This document shows, in pieces, positions 39,001 through 54,000 of a stretch of DNA of 64,000 bases (positions are counted from its first letter, which is position 1; each line of letters opens with the position of its first letter). The stretch spans positions 1 to 64,000 of the forward strand of contig NMRA01000212.1 of NCBI GenBank assembly GCA_002633005.1. The letters are read 5' to 3'. Source of the stretch: Phoronis australis (Eukaryota; Animalia; Phoronida). Both the position numbers and the translations under genes were made by a program. Under the pieces are notes generated by a model, which was not told where the DNA came from, ran no database searches, and saw only the letters and a list, made by a program, of their open reading frames with translations.

Positions 39001-42000
39001 CTTGATTAGTCATAAAAATGACATAGAGTAACTTAGGAATGAAGGCTGGTACTCTGTAAGAGCACAGACTGGTCGCCTCATCACTATAACACTCTTATTT
39101 TTAGTTACATGTTGATGTCCGCTGGTCAGTTGCGCCACTTTTATAATCTCACTCTCCGCTTATACTGAGCTGGTATTAGGCATGGGCGGCGCGCACCATG
39201 GATGGGGGGTTATAGCTCCCCACTTTTTTCGGGACAGCACCGCCCATGGCCTATGGACTGTGCACCACAGGAGGATGGGGGGGCTTTAGCCCCACTTTTT
39301 TCAGTGCTGCGCCGTCCATGAATAGGTCGTAGTAAATGCGCACTAGTGACGGTATTCAACGTAACCATGGTTCTAAATGGTGAGGGGCAGACTAGATCGT
39401 ATGCACAATGCTTAACAGGAACACACTTACTGTTCTGTGATCGGTGTCGAGGTGTTGTCAACCCAAGTAACTATATCATACAACGGTGTTATTTGCTTGA
39501 GCATGTAAGCCTAAAAAATGTCATGTAGCTAATTATATTTGCTGTAAAACACATCGTGGTCTGACATGAAAACGCAGTCTCTAAATAATTAGATACATAT
39601 GCACAGACACACAATCACTCAGGCACCACACTCTTCTCTCGCTCTCGCACTGGCGCTAGGTAGCCCAACGAACGCTGCCCCTGGAAAACGAGCACGATTT
39701 ATGTTCTTGGACACCAGGCAGAGCGCCTATTGAAATTGCATGGCTTACTTTCACAAGTTAATGTGCTAACACGACCATAGACTTTTATGTACCAATGCAC
39801 GACAGTGGCGGATCTACGTTTTCAGTAAGGTGGGGTTTAGGATTCGCACGAATCCGAGGCGTTTAGCGCCGAGCGGAGGGAAGGTGTAAGATTTTTTTTT
39901 TGTTTTTGTAGCTGATTTCTTTTTCCTGGCGAAGTTTTTGTTTAGTTTTATTTTTGATCCTGTCCCAGGGGGTTTAAACCCCAGAACCCACCCTCCACGC
40001 CGTAGATCCGCCTCTGCCGATATAAGCTCATCAACCTACACGCCTACACCCAACTTTTTCACTGCCAATAAGCTTACACATGGAATCTGTTTCGTGAGAG
40101 TGTTTAAGACAGCTCACACTTCACACTGCAATGTTGAAGACATGTTCATGCACGCATCAAAGTCTAAGAATAATTTATAGACATCTTGGTATCTAGCAGT
40201 TATGCGTATACTCTCCGAGACTTTACAATTTTTTGAAGTGATACTTAATTAACTTTTCAGAAATACTTATGAGGAACGTAACACAAAATTTAAGGCTTAA
40301 TTCTTAAGTCGGTTTTCATGAACTGACCCCTAGACCGATATTTTAATATTAACCTGATAATCGCCGAAATATTGAGATCGCATCAACATCGATTGAACAT
40401 AGTTAAGGTTATTCAAAGCAGCCTCCCATGGTAAGTAATCGGTTTCATTGATCAAATATTCTGTTGTTTTCATAGGGAGAAGAAGGTCGCCCACGTCGCC
40501 AGATCTACAACAGATTCAAACAAGCAGTACAGTTAACTTTCAAGAACATTTAAATCATTGAAGAATCGTAACTTGAAACTTCACAGGTCTACGAAGTTAT
40601 GAAAATAAACAATGTTTTTAAGAACACTGTGCCTCTCTTACAAGTAGCTGTTCAGTAAGTGAAATCAGTAATCAAGGCGTTTACTGCAGTCCAGTGCGTT
40701 CATTGAAGAAATGACGTAGGCCTACATTTCAATTTAAAACACTGGAAATATGCAATTATTGGCTTATCGCTGAGGTCAATATGTTGGTTTTCTGACCTCA
40801 AAACACGACAACGACCGAGGCGGAGTTTTTTATGTGATTACGCCCACTTAATAATTCATGCGAGGAAGTTATGGTTGGTGAATGATATATCGAATCGGAT
40901 GTAGTTCTTGGTTTCCAGAGTATTTATTCGAGTTGCAAGGGTCTTTAAAAAGGCATCAACGGCATCCTCGCGCGAAAAGTACGTATAGCGACGTGACTTG
41001 GTGCGTTAGCCAGGGCGAGACAAGAACGATTAGTATGCATAGCCGTCGCAAGGCATACAGCATAGTTTAGACGATGGAACTGTATGCCCCGTCTCCAAGA
41101 CAAGTCATATCATTGCTCAAAAATGTCTACAGGCCATACTACACGACCAGTGTATATGATGACAGTAGGACTTACCGTGCTAAGTTGAAAGCATCATCGA
41201 TGATCTGTGCTCTGTTGACTTCGCAAACTTTCTGAAAATGGACGAGTCAGTCTGTTACTCTACCGTTTGCGTAACAACATGGTCATGATGGTAGCCGCTA
41301 TTGATCTTGTACACTCATTGGAGTCGGAATTGGAGTGGTACGTTTTAACAAGTCGCACGGTGAACTCAGCTTATACATGTCTCATTTATTTGATAGCCAG
41401 TTCTTATATTCGTGACAGAAATACGAATAAAAACTCGAGACTCAAGATTTCGAGTTCTGACTCCAAATTTCAGCCTTAATGCTGAGGGGTCATCAAGTGC
41501 AAATTAATACTCCAGCACTGAAGAACGTACACTTATCTTGATTTCGCACAATGACAAAGATAATTTCGAGTTCGATTTAAACTATTGGCCCAGATACCAG
41601 GAAAGAAAAAAGTGACTACACAGGAGAACCTAGATCTGTATTGTTTAGACTTGTGATTTTTTTTAGTTCTAAACACACAAAACGCTTGTTATCCCGGCCA
41701 GTGGCTCGGAACCCGATCAGGCCGGTCGTTGGCGCCGGGACTGCCGCGAACATAAACCAGCTTGAGTTGGAAACTAAACCTCCAGTCACGAAAGGACTAT
41801 AATAGTGATCCAAAGAAATAATGTGCACGTAATTACTTATGTGAATTAGCCACGAAACTGAAAATCTACTTACTTGTCGGGGGCCGCGAAATCCGACGGG
41901 TTCCCCTTCCACAGACCGTCAGGGCAAAGGTTGAACAGTAACAATGATTTGAATAATATATTTGTATTTCTAAATAAAGATTACCCTAACATGTGACCAT

Positions 42001-45000
42001 AGCATATAAAATCGAGTAATTATTTTTTCACGACAACTTTCTGTCAGAAAACACTGAATTAGCATGCGCTAACACGGCATCAAAAGCCGGTAACGCAGTG
42101 GTTTATTCATTGCTGGCTTCTCAACATTGCACTCACAAATACTACATAGGCATTACAAATTGTATCTAATGAGACAGACTTTGTTTCAGTTTTATATAAG
42201 CATTGATTAGGGTGAGAATAATTCATTTTGAAACAGAAAGCAGAATAATAAACGTCTACATGACAACTCGCCCGGCGCCAATCCCGACTTAGTCAAGAGC
42301 TCATCCGACGAAGACTTCACGAGTCGGATCGTATAGGTTTCACAGGCTATCAGTTCGAACCGGAATACACTGATCTAGAAATACTAGAGAGACGCCGTGA
42401 ACATGCACAGGCAACGGAACGCATGGATAGATCTTTGGTAAGCCGGAATTCGTCAGAGAAATCACTGTCGACGAAATGCCGGCCACAGACACGGAGATGT
42501 TTCACGGCGGCCTTGCTATTAACAGCGTACCTGTCATTCTTCACTACCGCGAGCCACTTCCTAAGCATTTCGGGCTCTCGAGGAAGTCGAAAAAAACGAT
42601 ATACCTGCTTTCTTCGCAGCTTCATAGTTCGGACAAGCGGGAACGATGCACCGCAATATAGCGGCATTCACTCTGCAGACGAACCACTGACGTCGCTGCG
42701 TCGTTTCTCACCTTCCTCACAGGTTAACGCGACACCTCTCGGCAAGGTGAGGTCCACCGTGTAAGAGGCGATGTGGATATTGACCGATTAAGACGTTAAA
42801 AAAGACTAATTGCTTGATTGACATGTTCGAACTGTACATTGGTTTACAGATATGCTTACACATGATTTGACAGCATGGACTTTCATTGTAGACACTACAA
42901 CATCAACTTGCTGAGTGGCCCTTGCTTATTTCGTTTGGCAACGTGGACGTACAATAGGGACACTGTTCAATAAGTTAAACAAGATGAACTTACAATGCGG
43001 ATACTATTCAATGAATCAAACGAAATAAACATTGTGGACACTGATGAGTTAAACAACGTGGATTTACAGTGCAGTTACTCATCAACTAGTTTAACAACAG
43101 GGGCGCTGTCATTTGTTTGTTTGTTGAAAGACATGGGCAAGAACTGTGTTCACCTATCAGTAACGTGCACTTACCTGGTGATCACGCTTCAGTTGTCCTA
43201 ACAACTTTTCCCAGTTTGACTGTTGGTAGTTCACTCTGTAATAGCCGTATTGACCAACATTTGCGATGACCCAGTCATCTGGACCTATTGTCCCCGGCAC
43301 AGATATTTCTTCTAAAACGAAGCCATGGATAGCTGTTATTAATCTGAATTATTCTTCATAGATTTTTGTGCTCTTCCAAAGCAGCGCCATTGTGTTCTTA
43401 TACTTTATTTAACTTGAAGTTCGTTACAACAAATCGCCAGGAATTCCAGTAGTGGCCATACTGCCTTGGAACTGCCGTAAAAACACAATGGACCTGGTCT
43501 GAAGCAAAAAAAGAGCCGCCAGTTCTTCTCAAACACAGCAAACATTTCTAATGTTGCTAAGATGAGACCGATCTCACCAAATCAAAATATGGTTTTGAGA
43601 GAACGGGTTTATTGGCCTTTTAAAGGGACATCGTCGATTTTACGACCGAAAAAGCGTTCTTGGAATCGATGTTGGATGGGACAGATTTTCTAAAGATATT
43701 AGCTTTGACCAGAGCGGCAAAACAACAAAATATATTGTATTTTGTGATTTTATTATAAACCGGCAAAATTCGCCAACTAATCGATGAAATCGAGGCAATT
43801 CGATTTTCTCTCCTATTATGTCTCTTCGAACAAATTTTAAAATTAGGAGTACCCATTCTTTGATTTCGGAATATTTTGTCCATCCCAATGATGCTACACT
43901 TTCACGACGCATGGATAAGGCAGCAGTTGATATTCATGTTCAATGAATTCACATAATACAATTTTTGAAAAAAGTGAAATCATATCTACGTCCACAGCAG
44001 CGTTAGTTGAATTAAGATGAGTAGTAAACTACCACAAACAACACGATCATTTCAAGATCACTCTTGTTACCATTTTCATTACAACTACGATCGCCATCAT
44101 CATCGTCATCGTCATCGCCATCATAATAACAACAGAAACAAGACGACTGTGACATGGTGATGAAATATAAGCATGAAAACAAAATAAGCAACCACGAAAT
44201 CAGCTATTACTTACTAGTTTTTTCTTTGTGACCCATCCATTCGATTGTCGAAGAGTTGCATTGAGCAGAGTTTGTAGCGTATGTAAACGGAATCTCCCAC
44301 TGGTACCTATAAGGATTATTATTGCATACTTAGCAGAAATCTTCTTTCTACGTCACTCATGATCGCTAAAGACTCTACAAACTGTGTTACTTAAGGTTAT
44401 CTCAAACCTTATTCACAAAAATGACCATTTTTACAAATTTCACATGTGTCTAGTAAAATACATTATCTTTATTCTCGGGAAACTTCAAATAAAAAATATA
44501 TACTGCGTAGAGAGAAAAATAAAGATTTAACAGAACCACCTTCGAACCGCACAACCGCGTGGATATTTGTTTACTACTTATCCGAGGTAAAAGGTTAAAG
44601 GGCTTTCAATCAAATCAAATCTCCCGCTAGGTACAGAAGAGCTTCGCATACCCTCAGTCATTTCATTCACAAAATCGCCATAACATTGAGTCAACAAGGT
44701 GTACTTATGGTAGAATGGTGCCGGGGAAAACACAGACAAAACGTAGTTTTGATCCTAAAAGGAGTTGTGCGTCTACATGCATACGACCGTTGGCGTTGAG
44801 AACGAATGCTACGGTCGCCTCAGGCCTCTGTGGTCATGAACATATCAAGTTGTGAAAAGAGATAAATCCTCACCCTAATTCCTTCATTCAATTAATAAAT
44901 TGAAATTTCAATGTTTCGATCTCAGGCTAACGACATATTTTAACCACCCATTCGATTTTTGTTTCTTACTTGGTTTGGCATCACTCTCCCAGCACGTGAC

Positions 45001-48000
45001 GTGTATAGGCCATGTGTATAACAATGAACTATGACCTATTTATGTAAAAGTAGGACAAAATAAGTAGCAAACAAGAGTAAGAGTTAGCTTGGAACGGTAC
45101 GTTTTAATGATAATTAAGTTAATTAACTGCAAAATCAGTTGACATTGCGAGTGAATATTGAAATAGCGAACATATTTAAGGCTTGTATAGGTTATGTGTA
45201 CCGAAAAGAAGTTTTCACCGAATAATTAACCGAAGACTTTGAGATTTCCATTCGTCTCAGTTTAATCGGCCTTTTCTCGGCTTCGGCAAATCGACTTTAT
45301 TTGAACTTAGGAACACGAGTTCTCAAAAACGGCTCGATGGATTTCGCTGAAACTTTCCAGATTTAATATTGTGTCATCATTCTCAAATATACTGTTAGGA
45401 TTTTCGATGTAAAGGCCTACTTTTTGCGTAATGTAACAAAAATGAAGACGACTTCCGTTTTTTACACAGATACCTTAGGTTTTGCGAAAAGACTAATCGA
45501 AAATTCCTAACAGCGTTCTTGAGGTAATTGGCGAAGTTTTCATTTAAAAAAGGTTTAATTAAAATCGACCGAGGGGTAATTTTGCTATGAATGTACCTTT
45601 CTTAAAAATAAAATTTTGATTTAAAAAAGGTTTTTACGTAGAAATAATAATGGTACATTATACAAAAAGTATTTTCATATTTCCTAATCTTTTTTCTCTC
45701 AGAAAATATATACTTTTACTAATTGACAAAGCTTACTTTTTTGATATACGAGTTAGAATAGAGGCCACTAAATAAGGTTGGAGCTAACCTAGCTTAAAGG
45801 TATGTTGAGCGCTAGTTAGGTAATATGACTATTATTTTGGGACATCCCATGTTTTGATTTAATTTTGCGACAGTCACAAAAAGCGAGTCTTGAAACGAGG
45901 CAAGTTGACACTCTATGTTTTATATTGTTAGATATCCTGTTGTCCTGTTTTGACGCGGTGTAAACATTTTCATTTTCATTTTATCTTTCTATGAAGTTGA
46001 GCATTTTGACCGGGTGAAACAGCGTTCAATATGACTTTAACTCGAAGTATTGCACATAATGTAATCACCACATTGTTCTGCCTGCATTGCCGTCTACTAC
46101 ACTTATTTTTTACAACTATCAATTTGAATGTATTCGTAATTCGGTTTCTTTTAGAAATTGTTTCATATTAGTCCCCTCGAGAAGAAGCAGCCCCTATACA
46201 ATAGTAGGTATTTAATTTCCACGAGCAGACGATCGACGCCAGCACATCAAAGCTAATCTAGTAAGGGGTTAAAAACTCGGAAGAAAAGGGCATCATTGCT
46301 CTCCTCCGTCCATATATCCTGATACCACACTTGTGATCAGTCCATTTTCGTATAAAATCTTCAAGCTATTTAATTTACAACAGCGACCACACGTACTGCA
46401 TTCAGCCATAACTGCGTGTGGAACGACATTTGCCTATAGGTTTGGAACAACTGTTACAGCAGTACGCAACCGTGCAAGTAGAAAATAGCGGAAAGCTAGA
46501 ATTGCATGAATGCTTAACGCGAGGTCCAAGCACTACCTTCGTACATCAAATCCATTGAAAGCATTTTTCGCGTTTCGTACCAACAGCAATACTGAACATA
46601 CTATGCAACCATCCATCCACTCACCCAAATCCGGGATCCGGAAATCTTTCGTCGTCTGGCTGCTGATTGGGGTCCAACAGGAAATGCTTTTGTTCAAGTT
46701 CCAGGGTATTGCCACATACTTTCACCTTGACCACGGGGTAACCCATTTGTAATGTCCATGTGTCCATAACCTTTTTGACATCAAGATCCCCAGCTCCTAC
46801 ATCCGCCTATAAGTTAAGTAAAATATATCACATCTACACTTTAGGCTCTTGGATCACATTATGTGAACATTTTCTGGTTTCATACTCAGAAAATCACTTG
46901 TAATGACGCGGTTATTGCAGTCACCGAAAATTTCCCTTTACACACGACACAAATCCGTGTATAAATTGTGACATGAATACGTTCTCATCAGCATAGCTGC
47001 CTCCGAGACAGTGGACACCCTGGATAGCGACAACGTCCTCAATGGAGAACTCGAAAGGCAGTTTACATGTGAAATACAAAGATACGAGGACGTTCTTGAT
47101 TTTTACATTTGCCCAACTTCGCGAGTATTGATCAACACGGAAACAGTGCAGCCTTTCAGTGCGAAGTCGTTTAACTCAGTGAATGAACTTTACGTCAACG
47201 TACGAATAAATCAACTTTAATCATACGCGATTTGACTTTGCCAAGAAAAATCCTACCTTTGTCAGCGAAGCCCACAGGTCATCTTTTGTTGCAGCTCCAT
47301 ACGCTTTGAGTCGAAGATAATCCTGTGAACGTTAAGAACACCGAAATTTTCTTATCGACGTTGTCTTATTATATTAGCTAGATTATATACGGAAAACTGA
47401 TGGCAGGTACAACAACGCTAAGAGCATACTAACGCAGAGCTTTCATTGATTTTAACCCAGCGTAAAGAAAAAATGAGTGCTAACTTTTTCATATATTTCT
47501 ACAAAAGTCGGATCCATCAGGCACCCTCTTCTAATTTAAGAACATATATTGAACGTTTGTCCATCGAAAAAGTATATATTAAAAGAGTGCAATTACAATT
47601 TTCCACTAGGGGGCACCACAGATGTCAGATCCCTCCAAAAATCAACACCAGTCGCGTTCACTCAATAGTAACAAATATGCCAAATATTGCACCATAAAAG
47701 AAATTGGTAGGTATTAAGACAAACGCAAAGAAAACAAATTCCCAAAGGTGGCACCACAGTAGCCATATCTGTCCCTAAAGGAACGCCAACCATGCTCTCC
47801 TCTGTATGAAACATGTATGTCAAATTTCATGAAGATCCGCTTAATAACTTCGTAGCTTCCACAAAAATTGGCACTACAGTTCTCTATAGCAGTCTGATCT
47901 GTGCGTAACTCAACGCCAATCCCACTCTTCAAAATAAGATCAATTGAAGAACTGAGGAAGACACGAAGAAAAATAAATTTTCCTAAGAGGCGCCATGGTT

Positions 48001-51000
48001 GATCTGATAGATAACTAATGGGGATATGGAACGGATAAGCGCTTATAAGCTACTTGCAGCAATCTAAGCGTCCTTTTCTTGTATGAACAAAAACAATAAA
48101 TATGCATTTTCAATTAATTCATTCGAGTAACGTGCCACGAAAATAGGCTTCTCAAAAGAGCACAAAAATTTCCAGTTTTGGATCCCAAAGTCACTTTGTA
48201 AGATCACCGTAAATAATAGCATTTCTAAGCATATTTCATTGGTTATTTTTTTCTTCGGATTAACTAATGTTTGACATCTAGGATGAAAAATAGATACGGA
48301 TTCGCGAGGCCTTTCATCCTGCTTGACGAAGCTTAAGCAGGCAACTAGTATCGACTTATTATGCTGTTGGAAAGGCGGTCTGGAAACATTTTACTCCATT
48401 TCGCTTTGTGCTTATCGACATTTTAAGTCGACATTTTAAACCATTTTGAAACTGGAATCTTGCTGTTGATAACCTATCACCTCTAGGTTCCCGCTGAGTT
48501 TATTCCACCATCTGATGACGTGAAGCTAAATTTCATGATCATAGGAGGACATGAAATAGGACGGGAGGGATCAGTTATTGACACTCTAACCAGGAACATG
48601 AACACAGTGCTTAATCAGACGTTTTCGTCCACTTTGTTGCCGAAATATCTGCTCATAAAAGGGTCTAGACAAAGGATACGATCACGGTCGCGGGCAGACA
48701 TCTTTTCGGATTTGTATTCATTAAGTCACGTGATGTGATCAAAAAGATGGCGGATTAAACGGGATAAATTGTTTGCATCAATTCATTTGTTTTTTATACT
48801 TCATAGTTTCAACCACTTACAATGAGTCCTGCCTTGAAAATATCCTCGGTTAAGAAAAAGTTCATCATTCTGATGATGGAAGCACCCTGAAACGAAAACA
48901 AACAAGTCACTCAACTAAGAAGCTAATATAGAGTTAGAGAAATAGAAATTGCAAAAATTTATACATGACCACTACAGATGACAAAATGAAGTTTCCCGAG
49001 ATAAAAATTAAGCGGTTGTTTAACGTGCTAATCACTCGTAGCCGTCAATCACAGAACATTCCGTTAACACAATTTTAAATATCTAAGAGCAAGTTTAAAG
49101 TAGGGTTTTCTGGAATACGCGCTCCTCTTAGGAATAGTTTCATGGAACTGATCCAGAAGGTGCTGCAGCGTCCTAACCAGCTTTCTAATTACAATCATGT
49201 TGAAAATTTTCGAAAGATAAAATTTCTTCAAGTGTTGCAGCTGTTAAAGCAACACGTAATTATCCGGGACACCTCGGGTATTTTCGTAGCCTCAGTCTTC
49301 TGTGAATAGATATTATCTGTGCGCATGCGACTACTTTAGTCTTACGGCACGTGACAGGTGTGTTCAGAATATTCTAAGCACTGTGCTACCTACATGTATT
49401 TCTACGACACTTATACTCAAGAACTGCCAGCGCCAACATTTACTGTCTCAGTTCAAGTTCAGACAAGTACATACAAACACGAAGCTTTGCATAAATAATT
49501 CAGGGATGGCCAAAGTAAAAATACGCACTTTTGCGTACGAAATTCTGTCAAAAATCTCGTTTATTTCGTCGGGATGATTCACAGGAACGAAGATTGGATG
49601 TGAGGAACCAAGCCCGTCGAGCTCCATCACGTCCTGCAGGTCTTCTGTAATGAACTGTTCCATCTGAAAATATAAACAGCATCATCGCCTTTTCGTGACA
49701 CAAAACACCACTTACAAAAATACGTGATGATACGAGAGTCTTCCTTTTATGAGATTTAATTTCGTATTTATCGAAAAAAGTTCCCTATCCATGGTCAGTG
49801 GTTCATATTTCTTGAAAAATTGTGGTTCATTTCAGTTCTGTAGTGTTAAAATTAGAGGTAAGTAGGCGCCCAAAACTCACCGTATCACCTCCAGAACTGA
49901 ACGTAAGTTACGGTGCGTAGCCGCTACGTTCAAATGCCAAAAGGTGGTTGGCTGTGCCTACGTGCGCCTACGCCCAACTTCAGCACTGGGTCATTTACGT
50001 ATAAAGTCGGGCGTGCGTTCAGTAACGCTAGGACCTACGCAAGGACATAACTAAAATCTAGCCAAGTCACCTGTTCTCATTTAAAATACACGCCAATATC
50101 TCACGTAATCTCGCGGAATCTTGCTTTTTAACGGGAGGCAGGTTCCAAGCCTCGATTTCCCTAGCAAAGCATCATCTTTCCAAAGAGGTCATTCATTACT
50201 GTACATGTAAATGCAGTCAAAGATTACTCGCCAGACCCAAGCGTCTTGACGACAGTAAAGAACGGAAATAAACAGATACAATGAACTTTTATCAAAATAA
50301 TTATAGAAATGCAGTAATAGCTAGTAACACCGGTAATAGCTAAAAATTGGATTGATTTTTGTATGGATACAGGTGTACGACGTTTCATAGAAAATTGTGT
50401 GAGGGGAACTTTATTATCGCTATGTGCAATTAAATACAAGCGCAGTTCGAGAGATTTCATCTACAGCGCTGCTATCATTTTTCACATGTATGTGTGGGAC
50501 GGTTGCTACTCTTGAACATCCAGTGACATCGCAGATGTGTAACCCGATTGCTAATCTGTGTTTTAGGAGGTGAGATTCACTTCAACGTGATCGGAAGGCG
50601 CGTGCATCGACAATATTTCGGCGCAAAACATTTACTAAGCTGTGTTTTGAATTAATGCATTTTAAGAATCACGCTCAACATTTCATTTTACATAACGGAT
50701 GCTTTGTTGTATTCCCACCAAAAGCATTTGGTAACAGACCGGTGCTTTCGATTTTGGGTGCGCTCAAGTAACAAAATCGTCGTTTTCCGTAGTGTTGTTT
50801 ACACGCCGCCTTGGGAGGTCTAAGACCACCACAGTACAGATTTTTGTAGTTTCCCCAAATGTGAAAATATGGGAGTGGGTCAGGTTTGATGGCAATTCTG
50901 TGGTGAAAACGAGAAGCGATTGACACGAATGGTAGAAAAAAACCCAGACATTTGGATCCTGCCCTTTTTACACGGATCCTGCCCTTTTTACACGGATCCG

Positions 51001-54000
51001 GAAGTCCTGCCAGCATCTGAGCACTTTCTTATTCATCATAATAATGTTGCATGAAAGACGGGTACTCTTCTGACGAGCAGAAAAAAAATCTGATTGGTAA
51101 TGGTGTAACTTACTCTGTACACAGGAATCTACAGTAAAAAGCATTAGGATTCTTGTCTCCGCTCAGACAGGGACCAGGACAGTCGTGAATTTGTAATTTT
51201 GGTCATTTTTGTCATCTCAATTTTTTCCGTGGGCATCGCAAGGCAAAAACACATGGCTTTATTATTCTGAAACCACATTAGTGTCTTGAGATAGAAAAGA
51301 AACCTGCCAGGACCTTTGTTGAACCAGAATACAGAATACGTCGTGATCAGCCGCTCGAAATATGTAGCCCATGTTATAACTGACTGTTTCAAAATAAACA
51401 TACAAGCGTTCCATTATGCATTTGAAAATCAAATAGTATTGCCGTTGATGAAATCCCCCGAATTCTGTGAACTCTAATAAGTGACAAATGAAATTCAAAG
51501 TGACATGGTAGACGGTGATGCACTGCATGTCACTTCCCAGTTGCTTTTAGTATGTGCACGCATACTATTTGGATATTCGTGCTTTTAAAAACGCGTTTCC
51601 TTTGGCATGAACAACGGAAAAAGAACCAAAAGATTCAAACCATATCCCAAGAAGGCTCCAGGAAATCGGTTCCAAGATACTCCACGTAACTTGCAAAGCC
51701 CTCATTCAACCATAAGTCGTCCCACCAACTGGGAGTCACCAAGTTTCCAAACCACTGAAATAAAACAAAGCGCTATTTAGTTGTTAGCCAAATAACTCAC
51801 TCTTTGGTGGACGTCGACTTATGCAGAAAACAAACGGATAATCCTCAGACTCGCGGTGAGGAAGTATACATAATAAGACGATGAATGCGATTCATTTGCA
51901 TATTACAGTTATGAGAAAGACTTTCAGAGTTGCGCCTTGGCTAAGATTTTAGAAAAAGCAGAAAAAATCCAAAGAAGTTCCTACGTAAAACCATTACTCA
52001 GTCGAGAGAGCCACCTGAAGCTTCCAAGAGACGATGTCGTTTACTCAATTAGGTATCATCTTCATTGTGGCGAATAATGTGAATGTCTTGTTTGATAACA
52101 TTTGCAAAAGTTAAGCTCTTTAACAAGCTTCATGGTTTTAGAAACATGAATGTTGCAGATCATAAAGGCCGGCTGCGGTAATCAACTTGAAATCTTTGTG
52201 GGTGGCTAAGCAATTGGCGTCTGCCCATTTCATTTGGTCTTCTGTTCTGCTCACTGTAGGTTAAAGCTTACTGGCATTCTGGAGACGGGTAAGTACTAAC
52301 AATAACAAATTCAGGACCTCAGCTTGTAGAGACAGAGTTGATCATTTTCATGTCAAATGTATATCCAAAGTTATTCGCGGGCTTTAGAAGGAGTAAAGCC
52401 ACCAATACCAGATACATGTACCTGCAAGTCAATTCAATTTTAGAAACAAAAACAAAACATAACGCTTTTAGAAGAACAAACTCATTAGCAATGCACATTT
52501 TGCAATAATATTTATCATACAAATTGCTGATGGAGATAGAGCATGATGTGATACGTAGAAATAATGTGTAGCGCCAAAGATAAATAAGTATTAATAAAAA
52601 TACATTGAACCTACTTACACAAGTGAAAACACACACGCACACATATAGGTGCGTGTATTATTGTATAACGTGTAAGCACAATTGTGTTGGTATACATATG
52701 TGTATGTTACGGTGTAATTTAAACTTCATGCAGCAAACAAATTTCAGGAGACTGCGTTTGTCACGAGTTTGAAAGTTTTATGCACGCCTTTTCTTACTAG
52801 TTTCGTTTGAGAGTGAGAGTTTTGAATGGAGCACTAAAAATGTTTTATAGCTCGTCTTGCAGCAGACAGCCATATTGTTCCAGATGGTATAATTTCACCG
52901 GAGTTCATAGCTGTTGTAGCCTGAGGCCGATCACATTTTAGGCGGGTGTCAAGATTTGTTCTTCTTAAGCAGTTACTTGTTTCGTGGTCGTTAAATAAGT
53001 CAAGTGTTTTCAAGAAACCACAATGCCTAAGTTAAAAATACTGTTAAAATCAACGATAAAACCTTGGTTTCGTGGGAACTTAAAAAGTTTGTATTCACAT
53101 TGTTTTCGTCTGTGAAACAAAACTCATAAAGCCAAAATAACAGTTTTGGCGTAAAATAAAAAATGTACCGTGATCCGTCAGATAATCAACAAAAGTTGAT
53201 TTTGGTTTTCGGAAAAAGATTTCGTAGAACTACTTCTCTGTAGTTTTATCGGCTGTACGAAGGCCCCTCACTATATAGAGGCGGCTATGAACCCTCATCA
53301 ATTGCTTTAGACCATTTACCGTTATGGAATCGGTGTCATATCATAGGCGGCACTGAAATAAGTGGGGTGGGGCATACCCCCAACCCCTTATGGTGAGCCG
53401 CTCATGCATATTGTAGCTGGAGACAATTCGAAAGAACTGTCAGTTTATCGTTGCTTTAGATCAGTAAAACTACATGGGTGCGTCATGATTTAGTGGCAAT
53501 ATGCCGAATCGAGCTTGAAAGCTCTGTACCTGATGAGCTAGTTCGTGTGCGACCACAACAGCAACACGTTGTTTGTTCGTAGCAGACGAAACTTTGGGAT
53601 CATACAACAGCGCTGTCTCACGGTAGGTTATTAGGCCCCAATTCTCCATAGCTCCGGCAGCAAAATCTGGTATGGCAATCATATCTGAAAACAAAGGAAT
53701 CAAATTCGTTCTTCAGCTACATTTAGGCCACTTAATGTAACACTATTTCGTTTCCGCTTTAACGTGTCTGTGTTACGTGTTTCTTCCCTATACCAGAAAA
53801 TTGTAAACGTTTTGCAAAAGCATGAAAAGAGTCTTAAAGAGCAGTCTTTGGGATGCACTATTATCACGCACGAACGCTTGTCTTAGTCTTGGAAAGTGGG
53901 TGGGTGAGAAAAGTTTGGCTTTAATTCTTTGGCCAACTTTGGGCGAGATAACATCCTCCCATTAAACACAATTGATAGTGTCTCTGAAACCATTTCCTGG

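Noticed and set aside
40100-40215. Possible extra exon (..[15 protein letters not shown]..) after exon 15
   Set aside because: No good in-phase acceptor and no APN similarity; the true next exon is 39431-39510.
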